In this document: one piece after another, positions 1-13,233 of the stretch
Numbering within the stretch: position 1 is the first letter of the stretch
Layout: every line of letters begins with the position of its first letter
Source: Zootoca vivipara
Taxonomy: Eukaryota
Assembly: GCF_963506605.1 (NCBI RefSeq)
Contig: NC_083280.1
Span: 36,208,001 to 36,272,000, forward strand
Reading direction: 5' to 3'
Length of the DNA stretch: 64,000 nucleotides
Notes under the pieces: model-generated
Database searches by the model: none
The model's input: the letters and a program-made list of their open reading frames with translations, nothing else
Told to the model about the DNA's origin: nothing
Program-made: the position numbers and the translations under genes

Positions 1-156
1 GAATCCCATAGGAATGCATTGGGAGAAAAAATTCGTAAGTCGAAGCAACCCTATCTAAAAATTCATAAGTAGAAAAAATCCTATCTAAACAGCATCCAAG
101 ATGGCGGACGGAGCTCCGTTCGTAAGTAGAGTTATTCGTAAGTAGAGGTACCACTG
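1..156. mobile_element. Tc1/mariner-type MITE, right part (same family as 33251-33493)
   Basis: Ends in TIR ...gtaagtagaggtaccactg followed by TA; near-identical to the corresponding part of 33251-33493. Confidence 0.85.
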
Positions 157-303
157 TAGATAACCACAATCCCAACCCACTACATTAGTGGGATTACACC
201 CACTTTGTTATGTATAGAAGTTCTCATTCTGGCCAGCAGGGGTAGACTGTATATAGTTTTCACTCAGGTCCCCGTCAGTTAATTTAGACGGGAAACCTTG
301 GGC

Positions 304-544
304 CAAGGGTAGGCAACCTCAGGCCCATGGACCGGATGCGACCCAACCGCCTTCTCAATCTGGCCCATGGAATCAGCATTTTTTTACATGAGTAGAATGT
401 GTCCTTTTATTTAAAATGCATCTCTGGGTTATTTGTGGGGCATAGGAATTCGTTCATTAATTTTTTTCGAAATATAGTCCGGCCCACCACATGGTCTGAT
501 GGACGGTGGACCGGCCCACGGCTGAAAAAGGTTGCTGACCCCTG
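304..544. mobile_element. hAT-type non-autonomous element
   Basis: 8-bp TSD CCTTGGGC at 296-303 and 545-552; related copy at 15533-15768. Confidence 0.85.
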
Positions 545-790
545 CCTTGGGCTGTTGTTGTTACAATGTTGTCAGCTGGCTGCCTATAAAAGCATATAAA
601 AAACTAAGCTGTTCAGTCAGTTAACACATTTTATGTTTTATTGTATCTTCCATCACTGTACCCTTGCTATAAGGATGGTTTAATGCTACAGTATTTGTCT
701 CTCTCTGCATGTCACAATGTATCCCAACACATATGGCCATGCCAGAATGCCAATTCAGTTACAAAGCAAATCTAAGATGGTAGCATCGTA

Positions 791-1024
791 CCCTGTTTCT
801 CTGAAAATAAGACGTAGTCATAAAATAAGCTGTAGCAGGATTTTTAAGCATTCAAGGAATAAAAGCCATACCCTGAAAATAAGACATAGTGATAGGCGCA
901 GCAGCAATGCCAGCCGCAGCACGAGGAGGAAAAAAAATAAGACATCCCCTGAAAATAAGCCATAGTGTTGTTTTTTTAGGAAAAATAAATATAAGACGGT
1001 GTCTTATTTTCAGAGAAACACGGG
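791..1024. mobile_element. Tc1/mariner (Tigger-like) MITE
   Basis: TIRs ccctgtttctctgaaaataagac / gtcttattttcagagaaacacggg flanked by TA; internal aaaataag repeats. Confidence 0.8.
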
Positions 1025-1479
1025 TACTTAGTTTAAGTTTTTCTTTAATAAGCACTATTTTACACCAAGGTTTCAAAGAGACCCCAAGAAAGTATAAAGT
1101 TAAATAAGCCTTCAAAACACACACACACAACCAACAACCACCATAAAGAAACTTACTTTTTCGAATGTCAAAATGATTAGATATTAGATAAATTAAATTA
1201 AGAAAAACTCAAGGTTACCTAGGAGAAGGGCAAATGACTCAGCCCAAAGCTACGACAAAGCTGGTAAGGAACGCTTTCTACACAATACTAGCACCGCCAC
1301 AAAACGTATTAGATTTGGCCCCCTTTTCCACCCCATCGGCAGCAGATGAAGCGTTCCCGCCACTGCACCTCCGTAGCGGGAGAGGCTGTGTGCACCTGTG
1401 GACTTTCACCCTGCCACCCGTCTGTAAAAGGCACAGACATGCTGCCACAGCAGGGAAATTGCCGACAGCCTATACAGGT

Positions 1480-2210
1480 ATCTAAGGGAGTGTGGCGAAG
1501 AGGCTGCGCCATCCTGCAGCTGCCGCGACCCCTAAGCCTCGCATACCGGGAAACCGAAGGAGTTCGGCCCGGTGTCCCCCTGCCAGCAGGCCCTCCACCA
1601 GCTTTCTGGTCTGCGTGCTTTTGCCAGCTCGGTCCACCCCTTCCAGCACGATCAGTGCGCCTCGCCTGCCAGCCATGGCGTCTCCCCTTCTCAGTCAGCA
1701 GCGAAGGGAAGGCGATCGAACGACAACTGCAGCTTCCCGCGCTTTTGGCGCAATCACAGAGTAGTCCTCCAGCGCATGTAGAGAGGCTCTCGTGTAACCA
1801 TGGTGACCAAACCCTCGCGCGATCACGGATAACACAGCAAAGCGGAATACTGTAGTTTAGTCTGGAAAAAGCAAAAGTCGACTGAGCGATCAAAGAAGCC
1901 GACTGCGCGGTGCTCGACAGGATTAGTCTGTCGGAGCCGCTTTCTTTCTAGGCGTTTTTTGTCCATCGCGCTGATATTAACCCTTAGTTGTGTTTGGACG
2001 TAAGGTATAAAATACCAAAGCAAACACACTCAAGAGCACAACGCTTCTCTGATCTCGGCGAAACAGACTTGCCAGTAAACTTGTACTCTTAATGTGGGAA
2101 AAATCTCGTTACGGGCGTCCGTGTTTTGTAGCTAAATCCCTCGGGAATTCGAGGGCGCGCGCTTTTTGCATGCACCCATGGGATCCTGACGAGCGTTTCG
2201 CGCATTCACC
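1480..2210 (-). promoter_or_regulatory. CpG island / DTYMK promoter with E2F-like sites
   Basis: CpG-rich; TTTGGCGC at 1744-1751 and TTTCGCGC at 2196-2203. Confidence 0.6.
1547..1676 (-). CDS. DTYMK: Thymidylate kinase (dTMP kinase), coding exon 1; remainder lies beyond the left edge of the window
   Basis: [23 protein letters not shown]-loop through LLRFP; 130-nt exon ending at G|GTATGC donor. Confidence 0.95.
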
Positions 2211-2914
2211 CACCCACCCACACTCCATGATGCCCTTTTAACATTTAGAGGGTTATTTTAGGGGGGGGTGTTATTGGGTTGTTTTTATTTTGAATATATA
2301 TATATAAAATAACGCCAGGAGTTTTGGAAGGGTGGGTTTAATAAAACCAAAAAACTTAAGTAATGAAGCCCGTTATAAGTGGGGGCATTAAACCGTCCTC
2401 CTTTTTATGTAATTAACTCAATAAAGCTTTCAGAATTACGTGCAACCATATATATTTTCCTCTATTACTGTATGAATAAAAGTCGTATGTTTACATATTT
2501 ATCTGTAAGAATGATCTTTCCTTCCATGTTGACGGTAACTAGAAGCGTCTAGTCCACACTGGAAGCCCCCATTCTCCGCAAGGCTTACCTGGGCTATAAG
2601 CCACACTGAAAACCGTGCCACTTCTTACAGAGTAAGCACGCGTAGGATTGCGCTGTGCGCCATGGTACATAAAATATATTCTCTCTACACACACACATAC
2701 TCTTTGAAAAAAGAGATATTTTATGGGTACAGTGAATAAGGGACATCTCGAGGAGGTGCCAATGCAGGGAGGCTTAAGGGGCTAAAAGCAGTGTGTTTCT
2801 GTTCTTGGGTGGATGCAGAAATCCTGAGAAGGTACAAGCATCGCTCCCCTTTTATTTTTTTACTCCGCTAAGGATACTTATGCTGTAAAATACAAGCAGC
2901 TTTCCAGGAGACTG

Positions 2915-3720
2915 ACACGCGTTTACTCTGCCACGTCCATACAGCCCTAACCCGCGAGCTCCCGTGCACTTCTATTTGAAAGAAGCTCCGTCGGCTTCAG
3001 TGGCGTTTTCCCTTCCAAACAGACACGCGTACGCCTGGGACCGCGCGGTAAAGACGTAGCCGGGCCTGCGCGGGAATTACGACGGGAGGAAGAAAAAAAC
3101 AACACGCGCCCCCCGCGAACACCGGGAAACGGCCCATTCTGGCCGACGGCGAACGAACGTTGACGTCGTATTCCCCCGCCACGCCTCCTCATTCATATGC
3201 AGCGGCGGCGTCCGATTGGCCAATAGGCGCCGGCCTCTCATGACTATGCAATGAGAGCCCCGACCGGCCATTGCGAAGGTACCCGCGTGACAGCGGCGAG
3301 CGCGGCGGGGTCGGAGGGTGGGCGTTGGCTGGCCGGCTGGCTGACGCGAGATGGCGGCGGCGGCCTTGTACCTGGAGCACTACCTGGACAGTGAGTGAGT
3401 GCGGCGGCGTTGGGCAGAGGGAACTTACTGGGAGGAAAGCAGGCCCAGGCCAAAACCGGGCGGGGGGGGGCCACGCCGGCAATTGCGGCTGCGTCACACA
3501 GGCCCGGGGAGGGAGGGAGGGAGGGGGCGGCGGGCGAGGTTTCTTGCTGCGTCATCGCGACGCGTAAAGGAGGAATCTCCACGACGGCGTTCTAAGGGTG
3601 CAGATGCGTTCCTTGGCCACCAGGGGCCGCTCCTGTTCTACTCCTATGAGCGCCGCCTGTCAGACGAGCAGCAAAAACATCCCCCCGCAATGCTTTTAAG
3701 GCGCGTCGTGTTGCGCATTT
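2915..3720 (+). promoter_or_regulatory. CpG island / ING5 promoter
   Basis: Dense CpG around exon 1; palindromic double CCAAT box ATTGGCCAAT near 3215, CRE-like TGACGTCG near 3161, YY1-like GAGATGGCGGC over the ATG. Confidence 0.7.
3351..3390 (+). CDS. ING5: Inhibitor of growth protein 5, exon 1
   Basis: MAAAALYLEHYLD(S); donor A|GTGAGT. Confidence 0.93.
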
Positions 3721-5618
3721 TCCAGAATTGCCACCTAAAAATAAATAAAAATGTCAGGGTTCCTATTCTTTCCCCAGTACAAATTCAGCAAGTCAGGTGG
3801 TGAGGAAAGCTTCGTTATTTGTAGACGGCTGTTGAATTCAACATAGGAAGCCAAGGCAGGGCATAGGTAATGCTAATAATAGGTAATACTAATACTATTA
3901 ATAATACAGTAGTCGCTTTAATATTCCCATGTATTCAGCCCCGTGTGTCAGTACTTCGTTAGCAAAGCTGCCGACCTCTCAACTCAAAAGACATAAGGTT
4001 ATTTTACTCTTAAAATCTGTATGCTGCTATATTGTCAGAACCTCTAAGCAGTTTATAATATACAGTATACACATTAAAGTTATGAATAAAAGACAATAAA
4101 AACAAGCTGACCTAAAGACAACACAAGTTTTCATAAAATGTATGCATCTCAGTGCTTGTTAACTTTACATACCTTGTGCAAATGTGTTGTGCAGTAGGGA
4201 AGCAGATGCTCACCAAATGCATAATTGGAGTAGAAAGCTTCAAACACAAAGACACCCAAGAAGCAAAAAAAAATATGATTTTTTTGTCGAAGGGGTAGCA
4301 GACACACTTCCTTAGCCATAGCACCAGCTGGGCTTGGAATGCTTCAGTCTCCTCCCTCTTTAGCAGGCAAGTGAAATTTCCTGCTCCGGTATGGGACTTG
4401 TATTTGAAGAGTCTCCATGTTTATTTGTTGAAAGGATGTCATTTGGTGCATGGGCATTGAAACCCCCTGCAAAAGAGGATTAGGCAGATTCATGGAGAAT
4501 AACGTTATCAATGCCTACCAGCCATCATGGCTATGCTTTGCCTCCATGGTAAGAGTAGCAATAACACTTCTGAACACTAGTAGCTGGAAACTGCAGGATG
4601 GGAGAGTGCTTTTGTGCTCAGGTACTGTTTGAAATTTTCCCACAGGCATCTGGTTGGCCCCTGTGACGACAGAAAGCTAAGCTAGATAGGCTATTGTCCT
4701 GACCCAGAAGGCTCTTCTTGTGTTCTTATAGTGGGACCATAGAAAAGAATAATATACTTCTTCTGGACTCTACGTGAAAACTGAACTTGTAGATGTTTGC
4801 TTCCTTGATGGGCAGAGCAATCCTAACCATGGCCAGGTGGCAGCAGGACATAACTGCTGCAGCCCCACTGCTCACACTGAGGAGGGTGGAAGAGCGGGCA
4901 GAATCCTGCTATGCCAGCCTGGAGCTGGCATACTAATTGGGCCAGATGCCATCCAATGATGGCAGTAGGACTTACTCAAGTTCTAGTGGGTCCCAGAGCA
5001 GCTTAGTTCTTCCCCACTCCTGGAATGCCCTATTTTGAGGCTTTCTGTTGAGTACTAGCGGAAACGGGGAGCTCCACAGTGGAGAAGTGGCACTGATGCC
5101 ACTCCACGGGCAGAGACCAGTGGGGCTGCTTTGGGATGGGCAGAGGGAGACCTTTGCTCTGGCTTGGATGGAGCTGGGAGGTGAAGTCTTAACAACTTCT
5201 AGAGGGCCCCAGGTTCCCCATCCCTCCTGCACTTCAACCATGGCTTAACATTATATCTGAACAAGGCCACAGTGACATGTGCAAAGGTACCTAGGTTGGT
5301 GGTAGCAATGAGCTCCATGACTCTCTGATCATTCAGAGATTTCAAGCAGAGAAGATTCCCCTTGGGATCCAGCCAAAGGTTTCCTGGACTCTGGTACCTG
5401 CCCCGTAGCTAGTGGGAGCACCCAGCTCAGCATGCCATATATACAACAGGGACCAGATAAAGAAGAAGGTGGTAGGGTAAGGTATTAATTGAAAATAGGG
5501 TACCTTGCGAGGTTTGTGGGTACTTTTTGTTATGTGTAGTTGGTTTGTGAACACAACTTTTATATTCAGAAAGTTATGGTAGAGAGAGGACTGCAGCATT
5601 TCTATTTTTGTATTTCAG

Positions 5619-5690
5619 GCATTGAAAACCTCCCTTGTGAGTTGCAAAGGAACTTCCAACTTATGCGTGAGCTGGATCAGAGAACAGAAG
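5619..5690 (+). CDS. ING5: ING5 exon 2
   Basis: [23 protein letters not shown]; ttttcag acceptor, G|GT donor. Confidence 0.95.
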
Positions 5691-5952
5691 GTGTGTTCAG
5701 GTATTCTGGTTCACGGATCTTCTTGAAGTAATGTGTGCTCAGCTCATATTAGATTTGCACACATCCGAGATTCACTTGTCATATATTTTCACTGGGAAGG
5801 TGAGAAGTAGCCCATAGCAGAGTACCTTCAGCCTCCCAAGTTTTTGCTATTTCAGTGCAACATGAAGATGGGGTGTGTGTGTCATAGTGTGGCCAACAAC
5901 TGATTCCATTGTTTCATGTGCACCACTTCTAGCAAAGCTTGTAGGAGCAGTG

Positions 5953-6030
5953 CTGTATAAATACAGCATATAAATATAAATATAGCATATAAATACAGCA
6001 TATAAATATAAATACAATGCTGTATTTACA
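5953..6030. repeat. AT-rich minisatellite (ATAAAT / ACAGCAT units)
   Basis: Visible tandem degenerate units. Confidence 0.55.
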
Positions 6031-6221
6031 TTTGAGTTTGACAAAGGCGTGTGAAGGACTGTAGATGTGTATGAATTGATCTTGCAAGCACAGTCTTACT
6101 ACTTTTTAGTCAGGTGTGCCCTACTAAGGTTGGAGAACATGCCTGCTCATTTGAACTTTTAGAAGCACAACTCAAGAATTCAGCTGGGGCATGTGCTTTG
6201 GTTAGTTGCAAGTATTTTAAA

Positions 6222-6575
6222 ATAATAATAATTATTATTATTATTTATTATTTATACCCCGCCCATCTGGCTGGGTTTCCCCAGCCACTCTGGGCGGCTT
6301 CCAACAGAAAAATAAAATAAAACAATCGATTAAACGTTAAAAGCCTCCCTAAACAGGGCTGCCTTCAGATGTCTTCTAAAAATCTGGTAGCTGTTTTTCT
6401 CTTTGACATCTGATGGGAGGGCGTTCCACAGGGCGGGCGCCACTACTGAGAAGGCCCTCTGCCTGGTTCCCTGTAACCTCGCTTCTCACAGGGAGGGAAC
6501 CTCCAGAAGGCCCTCAGAGCTGGACCTCAGTGTCCGGGCAGAATGATGAGGGTGGAGACGCTCCTTCAGGTATAC
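6222..6575 (-). mobile_element. LINE 3' fragment (L2-like) with (TTA)n tail
   Basis: cccgcccatctggctgggtttccccagccactctgggcggc motif, recurring at about 22106-22365, 27995-28278, 35920-36015, 40032-40410 and 52075-52208. Confidence 0.75.
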
Positions 6576-7031
6576 TATACTAAAATGAGGGAACAAAGGA
6601 CCAATTAAGTGGTCAGATGAGAAAGAGGACAAGACTCCTTCACTTTTAATTGTTGTGTAGCTGAGGGGATGTCTGCAGGTGTAGCTTGCATAACAAGCTG
6701 TGCCTCCTAAAATTTTTTACACAGCCACTGAATGTGCAGAAGCCCTGTAAATTTTCTCCCCTGGCTACCCCAGAGGGGACATTTCTTTCATGGTTTCTGA
6801 AAACGTTTCAAATTGTGAAGCATATAGTTTGATCCTAAATCAATTTACTTGCAAATAATCTCACTGAGTTCAATGGGACTTTTCCCCCAAGTAAATGAGC
6901 TTTGGGTTGCAGCCTCACAGCTCAGTCGAAAATTAAGACCCATGGAGCTCAATGAGGCTTACTTCTCAGGTAAGTGAGTACAAGGCTGCAGCCTCAGTCT
7001 CACGCACATACTGTCTCCCATTGCTCTTCAG

Positions 7032-7198
7032 ACAAGAAAGCAGAAATCGACAGTCTTGCTGCTCAGTACATTTCAACAGTGAGGAGTCTGTCATCAGAGC
7101 AACGGGTGGAAATCCTGCAGAAGATTCAGAATGCTTACGCAAAATGCAAAGAGTACAGTGATGACAAAGTGCAGCTGGCCATGCAGACCTATGAGATG
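7032..7198 (+). CDS. ING5: ING5 exon 3
   Basis: [14 protein letters not shown]...[17 protein letters not shown]; AG/GT boundaries. Confidence 0.95.
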
Positions 7199-8197
7199 GT
7201 AAGGTTAGATTAGGTAGACTGAGGACTTGTGTTTCAAAATGAAAAATCCACCCTCTGTATTTCTTACTTCTCCCATAGCTACCTTTGAAGCTTGTATTAC
7301 AGGTACTAGTCTTTCTGGGTAATTAGTAGCTGTTGACTGACACAGACATGAGGACCCAGATAACAGGCAGGCTTGCGTCATACATTCTCTACTTCAAAAG
7401 AATCCTGATGTGGACTGGGATTGTGTACAAGGTTGTGACCTCCCCCTGTTTAATCTTTTACAGCCTGGGAGCAATGGGGCAAAGTGATAGTGAGGCGAAA
7501 GTTGCTGGCACTTGCTGGCAAGCAAGTGGATTTGTCAGCAGTGCATTTATCAAAATTCACTGGAATATTACATTGGAGAGAAAGTTGTGTTGTGAGGCAG
7601 TGCAGGAATCTTCACTGCTTTGAGATTCCAGGCTATGGGGTTTATAGTGAGGGCCAATAAAACTAGACTTGCTAGGATTCATGGCACTCTGTTGTAGGAA
7701 GGGTGTGAGGTGGTCAAGGACCTGCCACATTTCCTTAATCTGTACATATGTGAATGACTGGGTATTTCCAGACAACCTGTTCATTGAGCATTCACCCCAG
7801 TTTGTTAACACAAGTTTATGGGGAGCTTAGATGTTGGCTACTTAATGAACATTCGTTCTGATTTGTTTGTGAGGTTAGAGGACATTGAGTCAAAGCAAGT
7901 GTTAACCCAGTGCATTTTCATGTCACTTTCCTTAATCACCAAAAATCTGAGCTTTAGGGGAAGCAGGTTTCTTTCACAAGACCTCCCAATCAACTATATT
8001 TTGCAACCTGAATTTGCTGGTCTGTGGTTGAATCCCACCTGAAAATAGGAACAGTCTGGAAGTGTCCCAAGACTACAGAGGGACTTTGTGACCACCTTTC
8101 CCTGATAGCTGATTTTGTTGCTCCCTAAATGGTCTGTAATTTGCGTTTGTGTGGTACCCACAAACACCCAGAAAAGTTAACAATGAGCGGCTGTGGT

Positions 8198-8199
<2 letters not shown>

Positions 8200-8230
<31 letters not shown>
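8200..8230. repeat. (CA)n microsatellite
   Basis: Seen directly. Confidence 0.9.
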
Positions 8231-8232
<2 letters not shown>

Positions 8233-8387
8233 ATCCACAGGTCAGATGAGAGAGGCGATCAGGTTTGTTGAGGTGCATTGAAGTGATAAATACCAGAAAA
8301 GGAAGATAGGAGGTTGAATCCGATGATTTCTAGAGATATTTTTGGGTTTTGTTTTCTTTAGCTGTGTGGTCTCTCTTTCTGATGTAG

Positions 8388-8499
8388 GTAGATAAGCACA
8401 TTCGACGGCTGGATGCTGACCTGGCACGATTTGAAGCTGATCTGAAGGATAAGTTGGAAGGCAGTGACTTTGAAAACCCTGCAACGCAAAACCTAAAAA
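8388..8499 (+). CDS. ING5: ING5 exon 4
   Basis: [37 protein letters not shown]. Confidence 0.95.
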
Positions 8500-9743
8500 G
8501 TGTGTACATTATGAATAGTGTCATCTCACTGTGAGGAAATATTTCTATAAACTTTAAAATATATTATTATTATTATCATCATCATGATCTTTTAGACTTA
8601 CAAAACATTTAAAAACATAAATACTAATACATTATACCATAAAAAACACAACAAAACAACTTCCATAACAGCTGCACGAAGCTTTGGCAGCACACTAGTA
8701 CCAAAGCAAACATCTTATGTGAGTCTTAGTTTTTCTTGCATTTGGTTTCCATAATTTTGGCATAAAGCAGGCAAAATTATGTTGATTAAGTTAATATTAA
8801 GAAGAGCCCTCCTACCTCACATCGCAAATCCACCTGGTCCAGTTTTGCTTTATAACCTGTGTAAATTCTTCCACAAGGCCTTGTGCATGGACAGTGGCTT
8901 CAAAGTTCCTGAGTTCTTACTCATACAGGAAATAAAGTAATACCAAGTTTCTCCAAATTCATTTTCTAGTCCTTTAGCTTCTCTTAGTAAGCTTTTTTGA
9001 TAAAGCAGTTTGCCTGTGGATTGCATTTTGTTCCTCTGAAATTATATATTTGTTGTAAGAGCCTATATAGAACAAAAATTCTATTAAAGTAAGAGTCTAG
9101 TGCACAATGTTAACAGGGTAAAACTAGTAGTATTTTTTATGATTATACATATAATCAGCTTAGGGTGATTTTGATGAGCTATTTTCATTTGAATTATTGT
9201 CAGATTGTAGACACACAAGAGGCAAATATGTCAAACATTAGTTTACTAGGTACAATCTTCAAAGGGAGCAACCCTCATTTGACTTGATGGGTCTTACTTC
9301 TAAGTAAACCTGTATAGGATTTTGCTGTTAGATTTTTTTTGAATGTACAAGTAGAGTACATTGTTATTTATCTTAATGCCCCAGCTGACATCGTACAAAA
9401 AGATACATAAGATTGTTGTTTAACAGGTAGTATCTTAGTGATTTTAGTTAGTTACGAATTTTACAAATGTTAGGTTCAGATAATAGGGGAAGTTGTGCTG
9501 GATAAAGTTGTAGGATTTTTTCAATGTTTAGCTACATCAGAGGTTGCGTTGGCAAATGGCTTCTGAACAAGGATCACATTCCAATTTGTGATCCCTCCTT
9601 ATATAAAGTCTAGAAGAACAGATTGGGGGGGGGGAGAAAAATTAATCATTTTTGAATCATTATGGTGCTTCAAAATAATTATAGTATAAAACCTCTGGTT
9701 TTTCTTCTTATGGCGTAGTTAACCAGAAATAACTGTCTTTCAG

Positions 9744-9837
9744 AGGGGCGAACTCCAAAGGATAAGAAAAGCTCTCGGGGTCGAGGCCGGCGAACATCCG
9801 AAGAAGATGTCCCAGTAAAAAAGAAACCAAAACGAAG
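9744..9837 (+). CDS. ING5: ING5 exon 5 (basic NLS region)
   Basis: GRTPKDKKSSRGRGRRTSEEDVPVKKKPKR; splice phases match flanking exons. Confidence 0.93.
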
Positions 9838-10107
9838 GTAATTGAATGCAGTCTGCCGTTATCTTGTTCAGAGCAGCTTCCATTTGATTTTTTGCCAATG
9901 TGCCATGGTAACCAGATTTATTGGTATGCTTAGTTTCCCATGCTTTCTCTATACTTTCTCCACTTTTGCTGTGTTGGTACTCTTCAAACTAACTGACCTC
10001 CCAAATAGTTCTAGTTAGTTTCAAACTCGGTGTGTGTGTGTGTGTAATTACCAATACTGTAATCACTGGCATTTACTCAATATTTGTTCACGTTTCTCCC
10101 ATTGCAG

Positions 10108-10243
10108 GTCTGAATTAGCTGATACCATCCTGTCGGTTCATCCTTCAGATGTCCTGGATATGCCGGTGGATCCCAACGAACCTACGTATTGTTTGTGTCA
10201 CCAAGTATCCTATGGAGAAATGATTGGCTGTGACAATCCTGAT
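10108..10243 (+). CDS. ING5: ING5 exon 6 (PHD finger start)
   Basis: [33 protein letters not shown]. Confidence 0.96.
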
Positions 10244-10568
10244 GTAAGTACTGAGATAACCCAATGTGGCAGTACACACGCCTCCCTCTTCAAACCCCAT
10301 CCAAGTGACCACTAGAAGCTGCTTCCAGACTTCCCCTGGTTTCTGAGCACAAATTTGAAAGCACTATTCTACAACAAAACATTGTAGCTTATATATTTTA
10401 AATGAAAAGGCAGATCTGGGTCTTAGGACTCACTGGATTTGATACTTCACTCCATATTTGAAGTTGTTTGTGCACCTCTCGTACACATAAAACCCTGAAG
10501 TCATGTCTACACCACAAGCTAACTTGCTTCTATTTTCCTGCCCTGGAATCTTCGGATGAAGGTAAGGA

Positions 10569-10748
10569 CAGTGGTACCTTGGAAGACAAACGCCTTGGCT
10601 CCCAAACAAATTGGCTCCCGAATGATTGAAACCTGGAAGTGAGTGTTCTGGTTTTCAAACAATTTTTGGAAGCCAAACATGCAGCTCAGCTTCCGCAACT
10701 TCTGATTGGCTGCAGGACGCATTCTGTTCAAAAACCAAGGTACGACTG
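10569..10748. mobile_element. Tc1/mariner-type MITE
   Basis: cagtggtaccttgg ... ccaaggtacgactg TIRs, TA at the right end. Confidence 0.7.
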
Positions 10749-10935
10749 TATACAAAATTTAAAAGTAATAATAATAATCATTTACGTCATGCTTTACAAG
10801 CCATTTGCAGTGAGTAGTGCATCCTGTGTCTGCAAAAACCAACCAGGCTCCCATTTCTGTTAAATCTGATAAGATAAAGCAGTGTTGTCAAGCTCTCTAA
10901 GAAAAAACTTATTTTTATTCTTCCCCAAAATATAG

Positions 10936-10997
10936 TGCCCAATCGAATGGTTCCATTTTGCTTGTGTGGACCTCACCACGAAACCCAAAGGGAAATG
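10936..10997 (+). CDS. ING5: ING5 exon 7 (PHD finger)
   Basis: CPIEWFHFACVDLTTKPKGK(W). Confidence 0.96.
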
Positions 10998-11395
10998 GTA
11001 GGTGTCATGAATAATAACTTTCTACACTTGTGTTTTCTTCAGTTAATTTTCCTTCATTTATACTTTCTTCACTTTACCATAACAAAAGCACAAAGGTCCT
11101 TGAGCGAAGGCTCACAATCTAAAAGAGACAGCAAAGTGATATAAAGGGATGGGGCGGCCTTTGACGACCTGGTGCCTTCCAAATGTTTTGGACCACAGCT
11201 CCCAAAAGCCACAGCGGCATGGCTATGCTGGCTGGAGCTGACCGGAGCAGCTGTTCAAAACATGGTGAAGACTAGAACCAGGAAGTTAAATGTATATATA
11301 ATTCTTGAGTTTTATTTTCCCCCAAATGTGAAATGCTCCCAAAGTAATGCATTGAACCAAACACACTGATTCTTTTTCTTTTTTTTAACCCTTAG

Positions 11396-11435
11396 GTTTT
11401 GTCCTCGCTGTGTTCAGGAGAAGAAAAAGAAGTAA
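11396..11435 (+). CDS. ING5: ING5 exon 8 (last coding exon)
   Basis: FCPRCVQEKKKK-TAA; the 8 exons total 723 nt = 240 aa + stop. Confidence 0.95.
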
Positions 11436-13097
11436 AATGGGAATGTACAGTCTGAAAGAAGAAAAAGTTTAATATATTCGTACATGTTGCAATATTTTAT
11501 TCTATCTTTTTTGTCACTTACCTATCTTGTTTGATTTGATATTTAGCAGTGGCCAGTCATTTTTCTTAACATGGGGGGGGGGGAGAGAGCTATCCTAATG
11601 AGAAAAGGAGGATGTGGAGGAGGTTTACTGTGGTGATGGTCGCCTGGGTTACACACTTCTGTGGCACTGCAATCAATGTTATGAAGTACTAAGAGTAGCC
11701 CTGCACTGGAATTTCTGCTCACGTACGAAAAGTCTGTGAAATTGCCTATATGGCCTTGCAGGTGAACGATGATTTTTTTTGTTTTGTTTTGTTATCAACA
11801 GAGTAGTCACTCTGCTCCGCACAATATTTATGAAGGATTTAAAATCTTTAACTGCATCTTTACAGAACCTTATAACTACTGTCAAGGAAGGAATGGTGCT
11901 GCTCTGTTCCTCGGTTGCAGCAAGCAAGGAATTGTTTCTTACAAAGGCAGATGAAAAGTAATGGGTATTATTTTGGTAAGGTGTGTTCCCCAAGTAAATT
12001 TCAAGAGTAGTACACCTGTTCCAGTTGCTTCTGAGTTGTACACTACTACTCTGAAGTCATCTATCCAATCCTGATGGTAAGCAATGAATGCTTAAATTGA
12101 GGCATAAAATGTCTAGGAGATAGCAGTACAGTATAGTTTGATTCACTCATGAAACAAAAATAAGGCTTATTTTTCATTGGCTAAGCTATTAGATGTTAGA
12201 CATTAACAGTAAGGAAAACCAGATGTAAACTTTTTTTAAAAAAGGAAAGATTGACTGCAAAGCACTAAAAGCAATTTGGTGTAATTTTATACTGAACTTT
12301 TATCTGGTGTGAGATGTCTGTTCTCTGTAAGCACCCAGATGCCAGCCAGTATAAAATGTAAATGTGAGTGCCCCTTAAAGCAGCTTTGAGTTGGGAGACG
12401 GACAATTATTTTTTTCAGGAAGCTGGTAGAGCCATCGTTGGCTGTGATGCACACAATATCAGATCCACTATCCTTTCTGATAGTGCAGGGGGTTTGGATC
12501 CAGAGTGTTCCTTTCATGAGCCCACCCAGGAGTGGCTGTGGGCAGGATTTCTGGATTGCAGTGGGTTGTACTAGTAAGCCCTCGGGGTCCCTTCCATCTC
12601 TGCAATTCTATGAATGGAAGGGCTTCTTCCAATTGCAGAAGGGATTGAGATCCAGTGGAGGCTCACACCGGAGGAAGTGGAGGAAGGCAGATTTCATTTA
12701 TTCCCTCTACATCTCCCCATGCCGCCTCCCACACTGTTAAGGAGGGTCACCCAACTTCTTGGCATGGTTTTGCAGGGGGGAAGGAAGAATGATGAAAATC
12801 ACCCCTCCCTCCTTTGTGAGCATCCCCTGGGCAGAACTCCATTCACGGGAACTGGATTCATGCCAGGGTTTGCAGACTTTATATGTAACATCAAAAACAT
12901 GCAAATGTTGTTTGACCAAAGACAATATATAGGGAGATAAAAATTATACATCATGGATCATGTTGACTCTGTCATACCAATATTTGTTAAAGACAGTCAT
13001 CTGTCTCCAGCTTTGCATTTCTCAGCTAAAGGCTGGAAAACGCAGGTCAAGAAGGATGGATAAATAATATTATGTACAGTGGCTAGTTTGTCTAAAC

Positions 13098-13233
13098 CAG
13101 GCATCCCCAAACTTCGGCCCTCCAGATGTTTTGGACTACAATTCCCATCTTCCCCGACCACTGGTCCTGTTAGCTAGGGATCATGGGAGTTGTAGGCCAA
13201 AACATCTGGAGGGCCGCAGTTTGGGGATGCCTG
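13098..13233. mobile_element. 136-bp hairpin hAT MITE within the probable ING5 3' UTR
   Basis: caggcatcccc...ggggatgcctg TIRs; 8-bp TSD GTCTAAAC. Confidence 0.9.

Noticed and set aside
1309-1893. 194-aa and 169-aa ORFs overlapping DTYMK exon 1
   Set aside because: Stop-poor GC-rich frames; only the DTYMK frame has recognisable motifs and splice signals
3189-3803. Several overlapping 98-134 aa ORFs at ING5 exon 1
   Set aside because: CpG-island artefacts with no recognisable domain
9742-9745. Possible ING4-style wobble (NAGNAG) acceptor at ING5 exon 5
   Set aside because: The two AGs are 2 nt apart, so the alternative would shift the frame
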